Assembly: GCF_009914755.1 (NCBI RefSeq)
Contig: NC_060925.1
DNA: 64,000 bases
Origin: the human T2T-CHM13v2.0 reference genome, Homo sapiens
Strand: one strand, 5' to 3'
Under the pieces are notes generated by a model. That model saw nothing but the letters and a program-made list of their open reading frames with translations. It searched no databases and had not been told where the DNA came from. Position 1 is the first letter of the stretch; each line of letters begins with the position of its first letter. The position numbers were made by a program, and so were the translations under genes. This document shows positions 41,701 through 56,129 of this stretch, one piece after another.

Positions 41701-42749
41701 CTTATGGAAAGGTAGTGCATTCCTGCTAAGTCATGGACAAAATGGGCCTCCAGGAGCTGCAAGCTGTAGTAGCAGCTTCTCGTCTACGTCCTTCACTGCA
41801 TGATACTGTTGTTGACTTTGAAAGCTTCTTTTGGTCTAGTTTTATCAACAGAGCTAGTATTTCATGAAGATCTACTGCATACCAGGTTCCAGAAAGCTAA
41901 ATGCCTTTTGTTTGTTATTACTCACTAAACACAAACCACAACTCTCTTCTCATTACTCACACAACAAAATTTAGCTGAGGAAGATGGAGTGACTTTCCCA
42001 GGGTCGCACAGCTACTAAGAGCAGAGTCGTGTTTAGATTCATGTGGGAATACTGAACACTGAAATGAACCAGCAGAAATATCCTATGTTCCAAAAGCCTA
42101 CTCAAGCCATATGTTCTTATTTTAAGGAAAATCTTTATGCTAATTTTAAACTCCAAATACCTATGAATGGCAGAGATCTACAGATTTGATTCTGATATAA
42201 GAGATGATGCTCACCAGCTGGTTACTGCTACCACCCCACAACCCCGAGCATACTGGACAAATGTCTCAGCCTCGTGGTTAGTGGAGACAATGATAGTGGA
42301 GTCTGAAGTTGTCATGCAGTGACTCATGCAAGCTTAGGCAGATTTGGTGATATATGGCACAGAGATGCAAAGAAATGCTGTAGCTGACACACAAAGGCTG
42401 GCTCTGGGAGATGCAGAAGGAGTATGTCGCCCAAAATAGAGCCAGACAGACATCCTTAAGGAAGGAGCAAAGGGGCTGCATCTTAAAGAATGAAGAAGAG
42501 ATTTGTCATGAGAGATGGGACAGGGAGTTCTTGAGAGGCAGAGGGAGAGCATGAGAATGTCGGGAAGGGAGGAGAGATTCTCGCACATCTGGGAAGCTGA
42601 CAATCCATCAGCATGGCCAGAAGGAAAATAAGGAGGAGGAGCAGAAATAATAGATGATGCTGGATATAGAAGCAGGGCTGAAGCTGTGTCGATTGTGGTA
42701 GAGTTGTGATTCTATGCAGAAGGCAATAGGTAGCATTCTAAACAGAGAT

Positions 42750-42980
42750 CTTTTAAAACAAGAGTCAGCAAATATTTTCTGCAAAGGGCTAAATGTTAAA
42801 TATTTTAAGTTTTCCAAGCCATGTGGTCCCTCTCTCAATGACTCAGCTCTTCCATTATACCATGAAAGTAGCCAGAGACATTATATAACACATGTATGTG
42901 GCTGTGTCACATTACAACTTTACTTACAAACGCAGACTGTGTCAGACATGGCCCATGCATGGTAGTTTACCACACCCTGT
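42750..42980. mobile_element. MER58-like hAT MITE
   Basis: agagtcagcaaatattttctgcaaagggc...tagtttaccacaccctg. Confidence 0.6.
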
Positions 42981-43117
42981 TTTAGAAAGCTCAGGTTTAT
43001 GATGTGTTAGAGAATGCCTACAAGAGCTCTTGTTTTAAATGGTAGAGTGAACATACACTGGAATTCTATCCTGCTTCACCCAAGGTCTTGATAGAGAAAG
43101 GTAGAAAAAATACTAGT

Positions 43118-43162
43118 AAATAGATAGATGATAGGCAGGTAGATAGATAGATGATAGATAAA
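43118..43162. repeat. (GATA)n-type microsatellite
   Basis: tagatagatgataggcaggtagatagatagatgatagata. Confidence 0.8.
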
Positions 43163-45864
43163 GAAAATACATAGCTGTTCCAGAAAACAGAAAGGGATAA
43201 CTTCATGAACCAAAACCAAAGTAATATACTGTAAAAAGGGAGCAGGCTGGGAAACTCACAGTTGCAAAGCAAATAGAATTTCCAACTGCCTCTTGTAGCC
43301 CCTTCCTGGAAGTAGTCACAACCCAGGGTGTTTCGACTTCTTCCTCTGTTTTTTGTTTGTTTTTTGTGGGTTTTTGTTGTTGTTTGCTTTTTTTAAAAAA
43401 ATTCCCTTTCCCTGCTTTTTTGTCCCAGCAGCCTTTGTCACTTCAAACACCACAAGTTTTCTTTTTTAAAAAATTATATCAACCTTTCAATTAAAATGCA
43501 ACATGTCTGAAACTTGGTATCTAGAGAGGTGAGATGGACAAAGGAGCCCTTGTTACTGCATATTTTCTTTCTCCAGACTTATCTTGCACACAGCAACAGA
43601 CAATGCACAAAGCCACTTCCTTATGGACTGAAATTCTGAAATCCTTTTATGACTGGCCTTTCCATCCTTCAACTTCCCCTCTCCCATGCTGTGAATGATT
43701 GTATTGGACATTTTTGTTTTAATCTCAGTGACAAGGGAACACAGGTAGCTCTAATATAGCTGTGACCCAAATGCTTCTGTTTCTAGCATGTATTTATTTT
43801 GTAGCAAACATTTACATCCATCATTTTTCACTGTCTTTTGAAAATAAGTAGGCAATATCTCATCTGAGGTAGGATGTTTCTAGTGGTTGTGTTCTGAGGG
43901 AGAAAAACTAATCTGTTCTCTTTCCACTGCATTCCAGGAACAGTAAGAGGACCTTGTGCATGAATAATTTGTTTCCACACTACAGAGTGGGTAATAAGCA
44001 GATTGGTAAAAACAATTCTGCTTCACTTCAATAACAGCCTCCTCCAACTCATTTTTTCTCAACAAACTTATTTTTCCTGCAGAAGAATCCCAGACTTCTT
44101 AGAGAACCCAGTGACTTTTCGCACCTTAAATCTGTGAAATCCTCATGTTTTCTTCTGCCATATGCATAGTTCAAATATACAAAGATGAGGCAAAGCCAGA
44201 CGCATTCCTGAAGGAACCTAAGAAATTCATCTCTTTCTGTCTCTGGAATGAAATGAATTCTCTAGACCATCAGTTCTAACCTTCAAAAACCAAACCTGTT
44301 TGTGAGATCTCCTTCAAATGCTACTGTAGATTCCAGTGTTTATTCATTAAATTTTTTAAGTATTTGTTTTATTTGGAATTCATTTATTTGTAATCTTAGT
44401 ATTTGTATTAATATAAGGGAGAAATGTTTAAATCTGTCTATGCTATATGTGCCTCTGGCTTATTGCCCAATTAATTGTAGCCTCAGGCTAAACTTTGGTT
44501 TCTGTCTGTTTTTTTTCAGAACAAATATAACTGATCTCAAAACATCTGCTTTTATTGTAGGGAATCGTTCTGCCATCTCCATTCGTCTCTCTTTTCTTGC
44601 AATCCGGGTGGAAGTTCTTTAATATGAACATTTCCACCACCTTCATTCTACCGTGTCCACTATCAGCACATTCAAACGTATCCAGCCAAGGCTGTCATCT
44701 CAGGCCAGGGACTTTTTAGTAATCTATTTTGCTGTGATGAGGCTGGCACCCCTTTGACTCACTTTATCACCCCAGGGTTCTTTTCATTTTAGGAGCCCAA
44801 GAGGGCAGAAAAAGAAGTAGGTGAGCAATTAAACCCTCCGAGTCAGGAGCGTCTCCCCTTGTGTTAGGCAATGTTGTAGAACATCGTATTTAGCAAGCTC
44901 CTAGCAGATGAGCCACGTGGCTGCTGAGCACACACGCCTGCTTGCTGCTGTGAGCTCAGACACCATCATCATTAGTCTTTTCCACCTGTGGAGGGAATTA
45001 TAAGGACCACTTAATAACCTGCAAATCATAGCGAGTTAAAGGTGTTTCCCCAAAACACTGATGACAGAATGAAAGGTGAGGAGTGTTAGCCACAGGTCAA
45101 AAGTGCAGGAAACTCTCTCAGTGTGGGTTGTTGAAGAAATGCACGTCTTTTTTCTTTTGGAAGTCTCCCTAGAATGGGGTCAAGGACTCTGTCCATTCTA
45201 GGATGAAAAATTGGGAAATTAGGCTTTGGAGCACCTGGTAGTGCTCAGAGTGTCCAGAGTGAAGACCAGAGTTTCGTTGTCCTTAAGACTGACCTGGGAG
45301 ATGTGGCTGCAGGCCATTGAGGAAGGTGAGGCAAAAGCTTCCTGTCTGCTCCCTGTGTGCTGAGGAGGGAGCTCTGCCATGGGCTTTACTTTCACATGTT
45401 ACATTCTACAGGTCTTGTTTTATAAAAGCATCCCTTCCTTGAGGCTTCGGCTGCTCATCGCTGCTCAGCATCATAGCGTGCCATAACATGGTAAGATTTG
45501 GGTTTGTTTCTGGGGAGAGATCTTGGTATAGAGAAAGGGGAAGTGCTTAGAGCCACCATCAGGACAGTTGGGATGAAAGCTGGGGATGGGCAGAGGCTGG
45601 AGGAAATATGTGCACCCCCTGTAAACACTTTTATTCATGTTTTAATTACTCACTTTTCTTACAGTGTTAAAGTAGTAAAAATAGTATTGAAAAATTGAAA
45701 AGTAGGCGTATTTAAACTTGCAACATTATTTAAGTTTAAATATATTATTTGTACCTCATCAACATTTTTTATTTTGTTGAGAAAGTCTGAGGTTAATTGG
45801 CAGCATATTTGTAATAGTAGATAGAATAATGTCTGTTTTATAAACACTGGCATCCTACATTACA

Positions 45865-46309
45865 TGTGTGAGCCCTGAAAATCTGAGACAGCTCTCAGAT
45901 TTTTTAGAAAGTTTATTTTGCCAATCTTGAGGATGTGCGCCCGTGATGCCTCCTCAGGAGGTCCTGACAACATGGGCCCAAGGTGGTCGGGGCACAGCTT
46001 GGTTTTATACACTTTAGGGAGACACGAGAGATCAATCAATATGTGTAAGATGTACATTGGTTCAGTCCAGAAAGGTGAGAAGGCCAGACAGGGGGCTTCC
46101 AGGTCATAGGTAGGTAAGAGACAAATGGTTTCATTCTTTCGCGTTGCTGATTACCCTCTCCAAATGAGGCAATCAGGTATGCATTTATCTCGGTGAGCAG
46201 ATGGGTGACTTTGGATACAATGGGAGGCCGGTTTGCCCTAAGCAGTTCCCAGCTTGACTTTTCCCTTTAGCTTAGTGATTTTCATTCCCCAAGATTTATT
46301 TTCCCTTCA
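45865..46309 (-). mobile_element. MER4-group ERV1 LTR
   Basis: aaagtttattttgccaa...cctgacaacatgggcccaaggtggtcgggg...tttattttcccttca. Confidence 0.75.
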
Positions 46310-46314
46310 TAAGG

Positions 46315-46900
46315 TTTTCCTATGAGCATTAATTATTCATTGTGTATTTTATCACACAAATAAGGCACAGATTTTTAAAAAATCATCAACTTCCTGGCTA
46401 CCTATATAGACATAATTACGTAGAAGCTCAACTAAATTTGCAAACATTCCAGAGTTTGGGTTTCCAATAATTCTTTGTGATTCTTTAAAAGGTAAAGTAT
46501 TTTTTTCCCATAAAACATAGCAACATTTAAAATCACCCGTAGAATGTCCTGCCATTTTTGTTTCTGTAGTTTCCTCATTTTCTGCAAAGCCTCGCTGAGG
46601 AAATTGACTTTGAATATCCTTTTACACTCTTCTGTTTTAGAAAGCATTGTGGTAAAACATTGAATCATCATGGTCATAAGTTCTGTTCACATTCTTTCTT
46701 GCTTTGAATATTTTTTCCCAGTGGCCAATATTTGATTCTGTTGTATCATGGCTAAAAGGTAGGCATGGCAACAAAATAAAGACAGGAAGTCTTTGGAATA
46801 AGTGATCCCATCACAATGAATCAATTTGCCATTGGAACATATTTTTACAAAGTCACTCTTTTGAAAATATTTAGCTATGAATTAAAACAGAGTCTGTATG
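46315..46900 (-). mobile_element. Fossil hAT (Tip100-type) transposase fragment
   Basis: Frameshifted translation NGKLI...YSKDFLSLFCC / WQDILRVILNVAMFYGKK-NTLPFKESQRIIGNPNSGMFANLVELLRNY / YLCDKIHNE fits the TTF zinc finger + DUF4371 pattern. Confidence 0.7.
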
Positions 46901-48533
46901 GTTAATATTTTTCCTGGTCTAAGGTGAACAGCATTTTAGAGAATGAACTCAGGACACAACCACAGCACAAGAAAAACGTGATAATTAAGTTTACACATAT
47001 GTGTTACTACTGCAACAGAAAACATGTAAAGAACATTTGATTTATGTATCAGTCTGCACTGTTTAATTTTTTGTGTCATAAATACTCTTATTTAAAAAAA
47101 CAGGACTAGTTAACAGTGTCAATTACTAGTAATTCATGGTATAAATAATTAAACAAGGAAGTGTTCAAAAAAAACAGTGTTTTAAATAAAGTTTTATTTT
47201 ACATCATCTTTTTTACTTACACAGAAATTGTCAAAAAAAAGCAGAGATTTCCCATGTAGCCGCAACCTAGTTTCCTCTCTTATTAACATCTTCTATCAGT
47301 GTGTCTCACATGGCTTATTAATATCTTACATAATTTGTCACAGTTAATGAACCAATACTGATAGACTATTATTAACTGAAGTTCATATTTCATTTGGATT
47401 CCCTTAGTTCTATCTTACTCTGACCCAGGATCCCATCCAGGATACCGCATGACATGTAGACATCACGTGGGCTCTTCCTGGCTGTGACAGTGTGTCAGGC
47501 TTTCCATCTCATGATGACCTTCATAGCACTGAGGAGGATTGGTCAGGAATGTTGTAGAATGTCCCCCATTGTCACTTCGTGTTCTCAAGGTGAACTGTCA
47601 CCTTTGATGTTCACTTGGATCATTTGGCAGAGCTACTGTTTGTCAGATTTCTCCACTGTGAAGTTATTTTTCCTCCTTGTCCGTACTGCATGTGTTCTTT
47701 TGGAGCAAGTCACTATGCAGAGCCTCACTCCGTAAGGAGTTGGCTCCACCTTCTTGACGGCTGAGTGTCTACATCAATTATTTGGAATTCTTTTGCAAAG
47801 GAGATTTCTATGCAACTCCATTTGCTTATTCACCTAGGTATACAAATACAGACACCTAGATAATTACTTTAAGCTTTAGTTATTATTCAACACTACAGTA
47901 TTATGTTGCACAATTCATTCCTGTGTTGGCCATCAGTAGCTGTTTTTATTGGCTCTTATTTTTCTTTGATATGTTTTAACTTTTTTAGTACTTACTTTCT
48001 GATACTTCCAGATTATCCTGGCTCCTATATTTACTGTCCCAGTTCTAGTATCAGACATTTCTTCAAAGAGCCTGATTCCTTTCAGAATGGTAGGAAAACT
48101 TACATCTGGCTGCTGAATGAGCACATTGTATCTTCTCCCTCATTGGCAATGCTAGGAAGTATATGTGTGTGTCTAACCTACCTATACACACCTAATTATA
48201 AAGTTTTCTATGTAGAACTGTGTGTGTCTATATTAAACTAAACATAAGTTTACGTTGATGTCTCCACCTCTGATCTACTATCACATGAATCATTCTAGCC
48301 TTCTCGCCTTGCTAATTTGTAACCTCCCACTTCAACAGTAAGAAACCTGGTTCCCACCATCTGCGACTTATGTAAGTCATTGTTTTATTCCAGATACAGA
48401 CACTGTGGTTTTACAATTGTTCACAATTGCTTCTGTTGGAAAGAACTTTATAAAATGGAATCCAATAATGAAGTATAGTTCATGTGCCTTCAGCCTACAG
48501 ATTCTATTCATTTTCAAAGTTTTTACCTAGATT

Positions 48534-48977
48534 TGTGTCTTAGTCCATTTTGTGCTTCTGTAACAGAATACCTGAGGCTGCGTAATTTATAAGTAAAAAA
48601 GTTTCATTTGGTTCACAATACTGGTGGCTGGAATGTCTGAGATTGGGCAGTTGCATCTGGCGGGGCCTCAGTCTTTTTCACCTCATGGTGGAAAGTGGAA
48701 GGGGAGCAAGGGGTGCACCAGCGATCACACAGCAGAAGTGAAAGCAAGAGGGAAGCCAAGGAAGCCAGACTCTTTTTAATTACCTACTCCTGCAGGAATT
48801 ATCTATTCCTGTGAGAACAGAACTCACTCACCCCCATGGAGGACATTAATCTATTCATGAGGGATCCGTCCCCACGACCCAAACACCGTCCACTAGGCCC
48901 CACCGCCCCACACTGACACAGTGGGAGTCAAATTTCAACATGAGTTTTTGTGGGGACAAACCACATCCAAACCATAG
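48534..48977. mobile_element. MST-type MaLR LTR within old L1M sequence
   Basis: tgtcttagtccattttgtgc...tcaaatttcaacatgag...ccaaaccatag. Confidence 0.75.
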
Positions 48978-49942
48978 TAATTTGTAGCATAAATTCTTTT
49001 TCACATGATGTATTCTGTCCTGGGATACTCCACATCCTGAGTAATTTGATTTAATTTGAATAGAGTTTGCTTTAACCATTTGGCTGTAAAATTCTGCATA
49101 TTTCGACAGATGCATTGTGGCAGATATCCCACTATTAAAGTATCATATGGAATGCTCAAACCCCCACCCCATGGAGCCAATGGCTTCCCATCTGTGTAGT
49201 TTGCCTTCTCCAGTGTCTCATTAAATGAGGTCACACTGTGTGTATCCTCCTCAGACTGTCTTCTTCCACTTAGCAATGTGCATGCAAGATTCACTCATGT
49301 CTTTGTGTGTGTTGATATCTTGTTCCTTTCTATGGCTAAATAGTATTCCATTACATGAATGTAGCACAATTTGGTTATGCATTTTGGGGAGGAGAACCTT
49401 CCTCTTCTAACTTTGTTCCAGGGTTGGAGACCTTCAAATTAACTGACAATAGATACATTAGTAGGAGAGACAATACTTGGCTTCTTGTTCCCCAAGTATC
49501 ATTGTGCTGTTCTCAGAGTGCTGTTGGGAATGAAGTTTTTTATGTTCCCCCCCCCAAAAAAAAAGAACTAACATGGGAACAAATGATCTCTTAGCAAGGC
49601 GAGCTCTATTTTTCTGCACAAAGGGTGCTACTCAATAGCTGTCCAGCTACAAGAGCACACCAAACAAAGGAGACAGAGTTACTTATAACCTGACGTGTCT
49701 ACCCTACTGCTGTGTCCAGTTTCCATTGGCTGGAATAGGACCTCCCATTTTACACTTTACCCGATTGGCTGTTAGTTTAAAACTTTCTTAATTAGGTAAG
49801 GGGAATAGAAGAAAGAAAGAAAAGGAAGTTGCCCAGGGATAGTTAAGGAAGCATCTCCAAATAAGGAATGGCATGCACTATGGGCTGGGGCTTGTCTAGT
49901 TCTGTCCAGGCATGCTGGAGCAAGCTAGGACAAGTGATTTGG

Positions 49943-49943
<1 letters not shown>

Positions 49944-49978
<35 letters not shown>
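49944..49978. repeat. (CA)n microsatellite
   Basis: About 17 CA units. Confidence 0.95.
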
Positions 49979-49982
<4 letters not shown>

Positions 49983-50825
49983 AAAATAGTGGGTAGTTGT
50001 GACTTTATAATCTTTGAGGAAGAACTTTCCTCAAAGTTTTCCACAGTGCTTTGTAAGCATTGTCTCCATAAAAGTCAACCTTACTTCCTTAAAATTGCTG
50101 GTCATAACTGATCTTAGGTACACTTCCTAAATATGATATTCCAGTAAAAACCTTGATAATCTAACCAAAATTTCCAATTATGTCCTGTTATAAGGTGAAT
50201 AGATTCTTATTGGACTTTTGCTAACAACAATATCATCGTGGAAATAAGAGTATTCAGTAAGGATTTCAAAATTCTGGAAAAATCAGGCAAGAAAAAAAGA
50301 TAAACGCTTCATTTCTGTTTACAAAAGTATAATCTACTAAATTGTTGTAAGTTACAGTTAGAGTAAGAGAAAGAGATTTCTTAAATCCAGAAACTAGAAT
50401 ATTAACCAGCAATGCTCCAAAAAGCTATACAATTATAATCAATTTTCATCAGTTCATTCAGTGCCATGTAATCAATTCCAGTCTTGTGGATCTTGAGTTA
50501 GCAGTGTCATGAACCCATCAGTTTCCCAACCGGACTTCTGGAGACCTTAACTGAGTCAAGTGTATGGTCTTAAAGTTATTTAAGCAATATCATCAGAAGC
50601 CTATAACCAGAGTGCCTGTCATAGTCTTTTCTGTGAGTCTCAGAGGGAGTCCTGTCTTGGAGACGAACATTCTGACCTGTAGTTGATTGCAGGAGCTTTC
50701 AGGAAAGCATCGGGGGAAATAATATCTAAATGACAAAAAGTATGAAATGGCTGTGATGAAAGATTTGATGAGAGTTCATTATACCACAACTGACAAGGAT
50801 ATTCGATTTTTTCTGTGGCAGACAA

Positions 50826-51127
<302 letters not shown>

Positions 51128-51862
51128 ACAACATTTAAAGTAATAATTGGAATTATGACTCATTACTCTATAGTGACACATAGCATGGATAAGGAGGACA
51201 TTGACAAACTTCCAGGAATTTTATATAATTTCTGAAAACATAACATTTTACCCATACAAATATAACACAGGGAAGGTTAGGTATCTCTTTTTATTTGTAT
51301 CTTCTGTATGGTTTTCCTTATAAAAAATGCAACCTACTTTACTTGCGAAACATGCCCTACTTTTCTTGCATGCTTTGCATAGAGTTGTTTCTAGTTATTC
51401 TATTATTTCTAATAGTTTTATTTACATATATTGATTATAATTTTAATACTTAGTAATCTTTTATTTTCCAGAGAAAACTAGGAAGTAGACAGTTATAAAC
51501 TGTCATATATTAGCATTCTATAGTAGGTTAGAAAATGTATGAATATACCATCTCCCAACATCTAGAGGGATGTGTTTCCTCATAATACAATTCCTCAGTG
51601 TGGCAGAAAAAAACATGTTTATTAACGGGCCAAAATATCTTTAGTCTCTCTGTAAAAATAGGAGCCAAAAGTATATAAACTTGAATTATTTATGTTCAGT
51701 AATTAATGTTTTAGTATTGTATCTTATTTATAAATGGTCTAGATATTTAATGCAAATCTTTTACTTAGCTTAACTTTAAGGTTAAAAATTACCAAAAGTA
51801 CTTTGGAAACTATTCATAGGCAGATTTACTGTAAACAAATTATTTTTGAAATAATGTTTTTC

Positions 51863-52395
51863 GCTTTTCACAAGATGGCACCGAAAGCGAAGGAAGCTCC
51901 TGCTCCTCCTAAAGCCGAAGCCAAAGCGAAGGCTTTAAAGGCCAAGAAGGCAGTGTTGAAAGGTGTCCGCAGCCACACGCAAAAAAGAAGATCCGCATGT
52001 CACCCACCTTCAGGCGGCCCAAGACACTGCGACTCCGGAGGCAGCCCAGATATCCTCGGAAGAGCACCCCCAGGAGAAACAAGCTTGGCCACTATGCTAT
52101 CATCAAGTTTCCGCTGACCACTGAGTCGGCCGTGAAGAAGATAGAAGAAAACAACACGCTTGTGTTCACTGTGGATGTTAAAGCCAACAAGCACCAGATC
52201 AGACAGGCTGTGAAGAAGCTCTATGACAGTGATGTGGCCAAGGTCACCACCCTGATTTGTCCTGATAAAGAGAACAAGGCATATGTTCGACTTGCTCCTG
52301 ATTATGATGCTTTCGATGTTGTAACAAAATTGGGATCACCTAAACTGAGTCCAGCTGGCTAACTCTAAATATATGTGTATCTTTTCAGCATAAAA
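51863..52395 (+). pseudogene. RPL23AP25: RPL23A processed pseudogene (probably RPL23AP25)
   Basis: Intronless [30 protein letters not shown] + frameshift + [22 protein letters not shown]...; short A tail; 14-bp TSD aaataatgtttttc (51849-51862 and 52396-52409); number recalled from locus. Confidence 0.9.
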
Positions 52396-52847
52396 AAATA
52401 ATGTTTTTCATAAGAATGACAACTTAATTAGAATCAAATCTATAAGCTTTAAGATTTTACGTTTCTAGTAAGTATAATATTAGCTTATTTGACTAGAACT
52501 CAAGCAGAATAGGAATTTATGCTTGTTTTATATTCAATAATGATAGTTTTGAAGATATAGTTGTTTTATTACACCAAAAATACTATATTAATCTTATTTA
52601 ACTAAGTTTTATCCAAATCATGTTAACTTAAGAAACATTTGATCAGTTCCTATATTTCTAGGAGTTTGGTGAATATTTATTTATAAATGCTTATTTTTTT
52701 CCAAGCCAAGTTAGAATAGAGCACTTTTAGAGGATTTCATAAATGAATTTTGCAATGCTCTCTGGAGTTCAGAAAATATCACATATACATAACATACATT
52801 AATAGATATACAAACACAAATAGAGATTTCATAGCTGTCATCCTGAA

Positions 52848-53875
52848 ATTTCAGCCATGAATCAGGCATAAATATTCTGATGGTTAATTTCAGACATCTA
52901 CTTGATCGGATTGAGAGACACACATAGCTGGTCAAACACGATTTCAGCCATGAATCAGGCATAAATATTCTGATGGTTAATTTTAGACATCTACTTGACT
53001 GGATTAAGAGACACACATAGCTGGTCAAACATGATTTCAGCCATGAATCAGGCATAAATATTCTGATGGTTAATTTTAGACATCTACTTGAGTGGATTAA
53101 GAGACACACATAGCTGGTCAAACACGATTTCAGCCATGAATCAGGCATAAATATTCTGATGGTTAATTTTAGACATCTACTTGACTGGATTAAGAGACAC
53201 ACATAGCTGGTCAAACATGATTTCAGCCATGAATCAGGCATAAATATTCTGATGGTTAATTTTAGACATCTACTTGAGTGGATTAAGAGACACACATAGC
53301 TGGTCAAACACGATTTCAGCCATGAATCAGGCATAAATATTCTGATGGTTAATTTTAGACATCTACTTGAGTGGATTAAGAGACATACATAGCTGGTCAA
53401 ACACGATTTCAGCCATGAATCAGGCATAAATATTCTGATGGTTAATTGTAGACATCTACTTGAGTGGATTAAGAGACACGCATAGCTGGTCAAACACGAT
53501 TTCAGCCATGAATCAGGCATAAATATTCTGATGGTTAATTTTAGACATCTACTTGAGTGGATTAAGAGACACACATAGCTGGTCAAACACGATTTCAGCC
53601 ATGAATCAGGCATAAATATTCTGATGGTTAATTGTAGACATCTACTTGAGTGGATTAAGAGACACGCATAGCTGGTCAAACACGATTTCAGCCATGAATC
53701 AGGCATAAATATTCTGATGGTTAATTGTAGACATCTACTTGAGTGGATTAAGAGACACGCATAGCTGGTCAAACACGATTTCAGCCATGAATCAGGCATA
53801 AATATTCTGATGGTTAATCGTAGACGTCTACTTGACTGGATTGAGAGACACACACAGCTGGTCAAACACGATTTC
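52848..53875 (+). repeat. 93-bp VNTR, 11 copies, built from the 5' end of an MLT2 LTR plus flank
   Basis: Unit atttcagccatgaatcaggcataaatattctgatggttaattttagacatctacttgagtggattaagagacacacatagctggtcaaacacg; starts at 52848, 52941, 53034... Confidence 0.95.
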
Positions 53876-54655
53876 TGGGCATATCTATGAGGGTGTTTCT
53901 GGAAGACACTGAGATAACCATGACCCAATGTGGATGGGCACTGATATGGTTTGGCTGTGTCCCCACCCAGATCTCATCTTGAATTGTAGTTCCTGTAATA
54001 CCTACATGTCGTGGGAGGGACCCAGTGGGAGGTGACTGAATCATGGTGGTGGTTACCGCCATACTGTTCTCATGACAGTGAGTGAGTTCTCATGATCTGA
54101 TGGTTTTATAAGGGGCTTTTCCCCTTTGGCTCAGCACTTCTTGTTGCTGCCATGTGAAGAGGGACAGCTTTGCTTCCCCTTCTGCCATGATTGTGAGGCC
54201 CCTGCAGCCATGTGGAACTGTCAGCCCATTAAACCCCTTTGTTCTTTATAAATTGCTCAGACTCAGGTATTTCTTCATAGCTGTATAAAAATGGATGAAT
54301 ACAGGCAGCATCCAATTGGTTGAGAGCCCAGATAGAATAACAAGGAAGAGGAAAGGTGAATTATCTCCTTCTGAAATGGAAACATCCTTCTTCTCCTGCC
54401 CTTGACATCAGAACTTCAGGGTCTCAGACCTTTGGCCTCACAATCAGAGTTACACCATTGGCTTCCCCGATTCTGAGTCCTTTGTATCTGGAGTGAGCCA
54501 TGCTACCAGCTTTCCTGGTTCTCCAACTTGGAGACAGGCTATTGTGGAACTTCTCAGCCTCCATAGTTATGTGAACCAGTTCCCCTAATGAATCTTCTCT
54601 CATCTGTCTACATATATCCTATTGATTCTGCCTTTCTGGAGACCCCTGACTAATG
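53876..54655 (+). mobile_element. MLT2 (ERVL) LTR interrupted by a THE1 LTR (about 53942-54303)
   Basis: THE1 start tgatatggtttggctgtgtccccaccc and end aataca; MLT2 end gattctgcctttctggagacccctgactaa. Confidence 0.8.
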
Positions 54656-55737
54656 TGATTACAATAACTACACAATTCACTAGTTTATATAGAAGACTTG
54701 GTTTTTGTCTTTGCCCCATTTTATATTTGTATTATAACTATGTATCTGGAAAATGGAACAAGTTTTTTCTTCTTCATATGAGGGCTAAGGCTTTTTTCTC
54801 ACCAATATTTTTGGAGATTTTAAAGATTTTCTTTTTTTTTGACATAGAATCTTATGGAGGCTGAGAAATAATTTTTTTTCTATTTTATTCTTCAGCCCCA
54901 GGTGTTTGCTTTTGCAGATTCTTGAGCACACTGAGAGCCTCCAAGGCATGGAGTGGGGTGCCTGAAGTTTCAGTGATTATAGGGAGTTGAGAGACTCAAC
55001 TGGGAAAGGAAAGGTCTAAAAGGAGGCAATTTGGAAGATAAAAATTTTCTCAAAGGAGCCATTAAAGTTGTAAATAATTCTTAGTAAAGTCATGCAAACA
55101 GGAAAAGAAGTAGAATTAGTTCCATATTGGTGGAACACATAGTCAGCAGAGGTTTGAGAAGGGAGAATTTAGTGAAGTGAGAAGTTCCCATGAAAGCAGC
55201 AAGATCAAGATCACAGACACCTTGAAACAAAAAGCCAGGAATAACTTCCAACCCAAGAGGAGAACAGAGAGGCCTCAAAACCAAAGCTAGGATAAGAAAC
55301 TTGTAGCCCAAGAGTTATCTTCCAGACAAAGAAGCCTGAGATTCCAACGCAGCTTCAGAGAGTGCTCACTCAAAATGTTACTGAAACTGTAGGCTTTTTA
55401 ATGACTTAGCCATGCCTGCAAAAGGCATTCCCTAAGGTGGCACAGAAGACGGAGCCCCCATATCCAAAGATAGCCAAGGAGAAAGAAAGACCCCTGTTGC
55501 CAGAGCCAGTGGGCAAAGGCAACAGAAAAGGAGACAAGGGTCCTAATGGGATGAGATCCTTTCGGATTTAGGCTTTTATACAAACTCCTGAGAACTGGCA
55601 GGTTGACAGCCATAAATGGGGTACCAAACTTTCTACTCATTGGATTACAAGTTCTCAGGCATCCAGAATGATTAACAAAATGACAATTTCTAGGGCTTCT
55701 GTGGGAGAGTATGGAAAGGTCTTTTTGAACCTTTTAA

Positions 55738-56129
<392 letters not shown>

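Noticed and set aside
43860-44780. Possible exon remnants of a duplicated gene
   Set aside because: Splice-like signals present, but I could not match any translation to a known protein
52848-53875. CRISPR-like look of the regular array
   Set aside because: Units are near-identical end to end with no unique spacers; human DNA with no cas genes
52711-53928. 405-aa repetitive ORF
   Set aside because: Product of a 93-bp (31-codon) LTR-derived VNTR; no coding evidence
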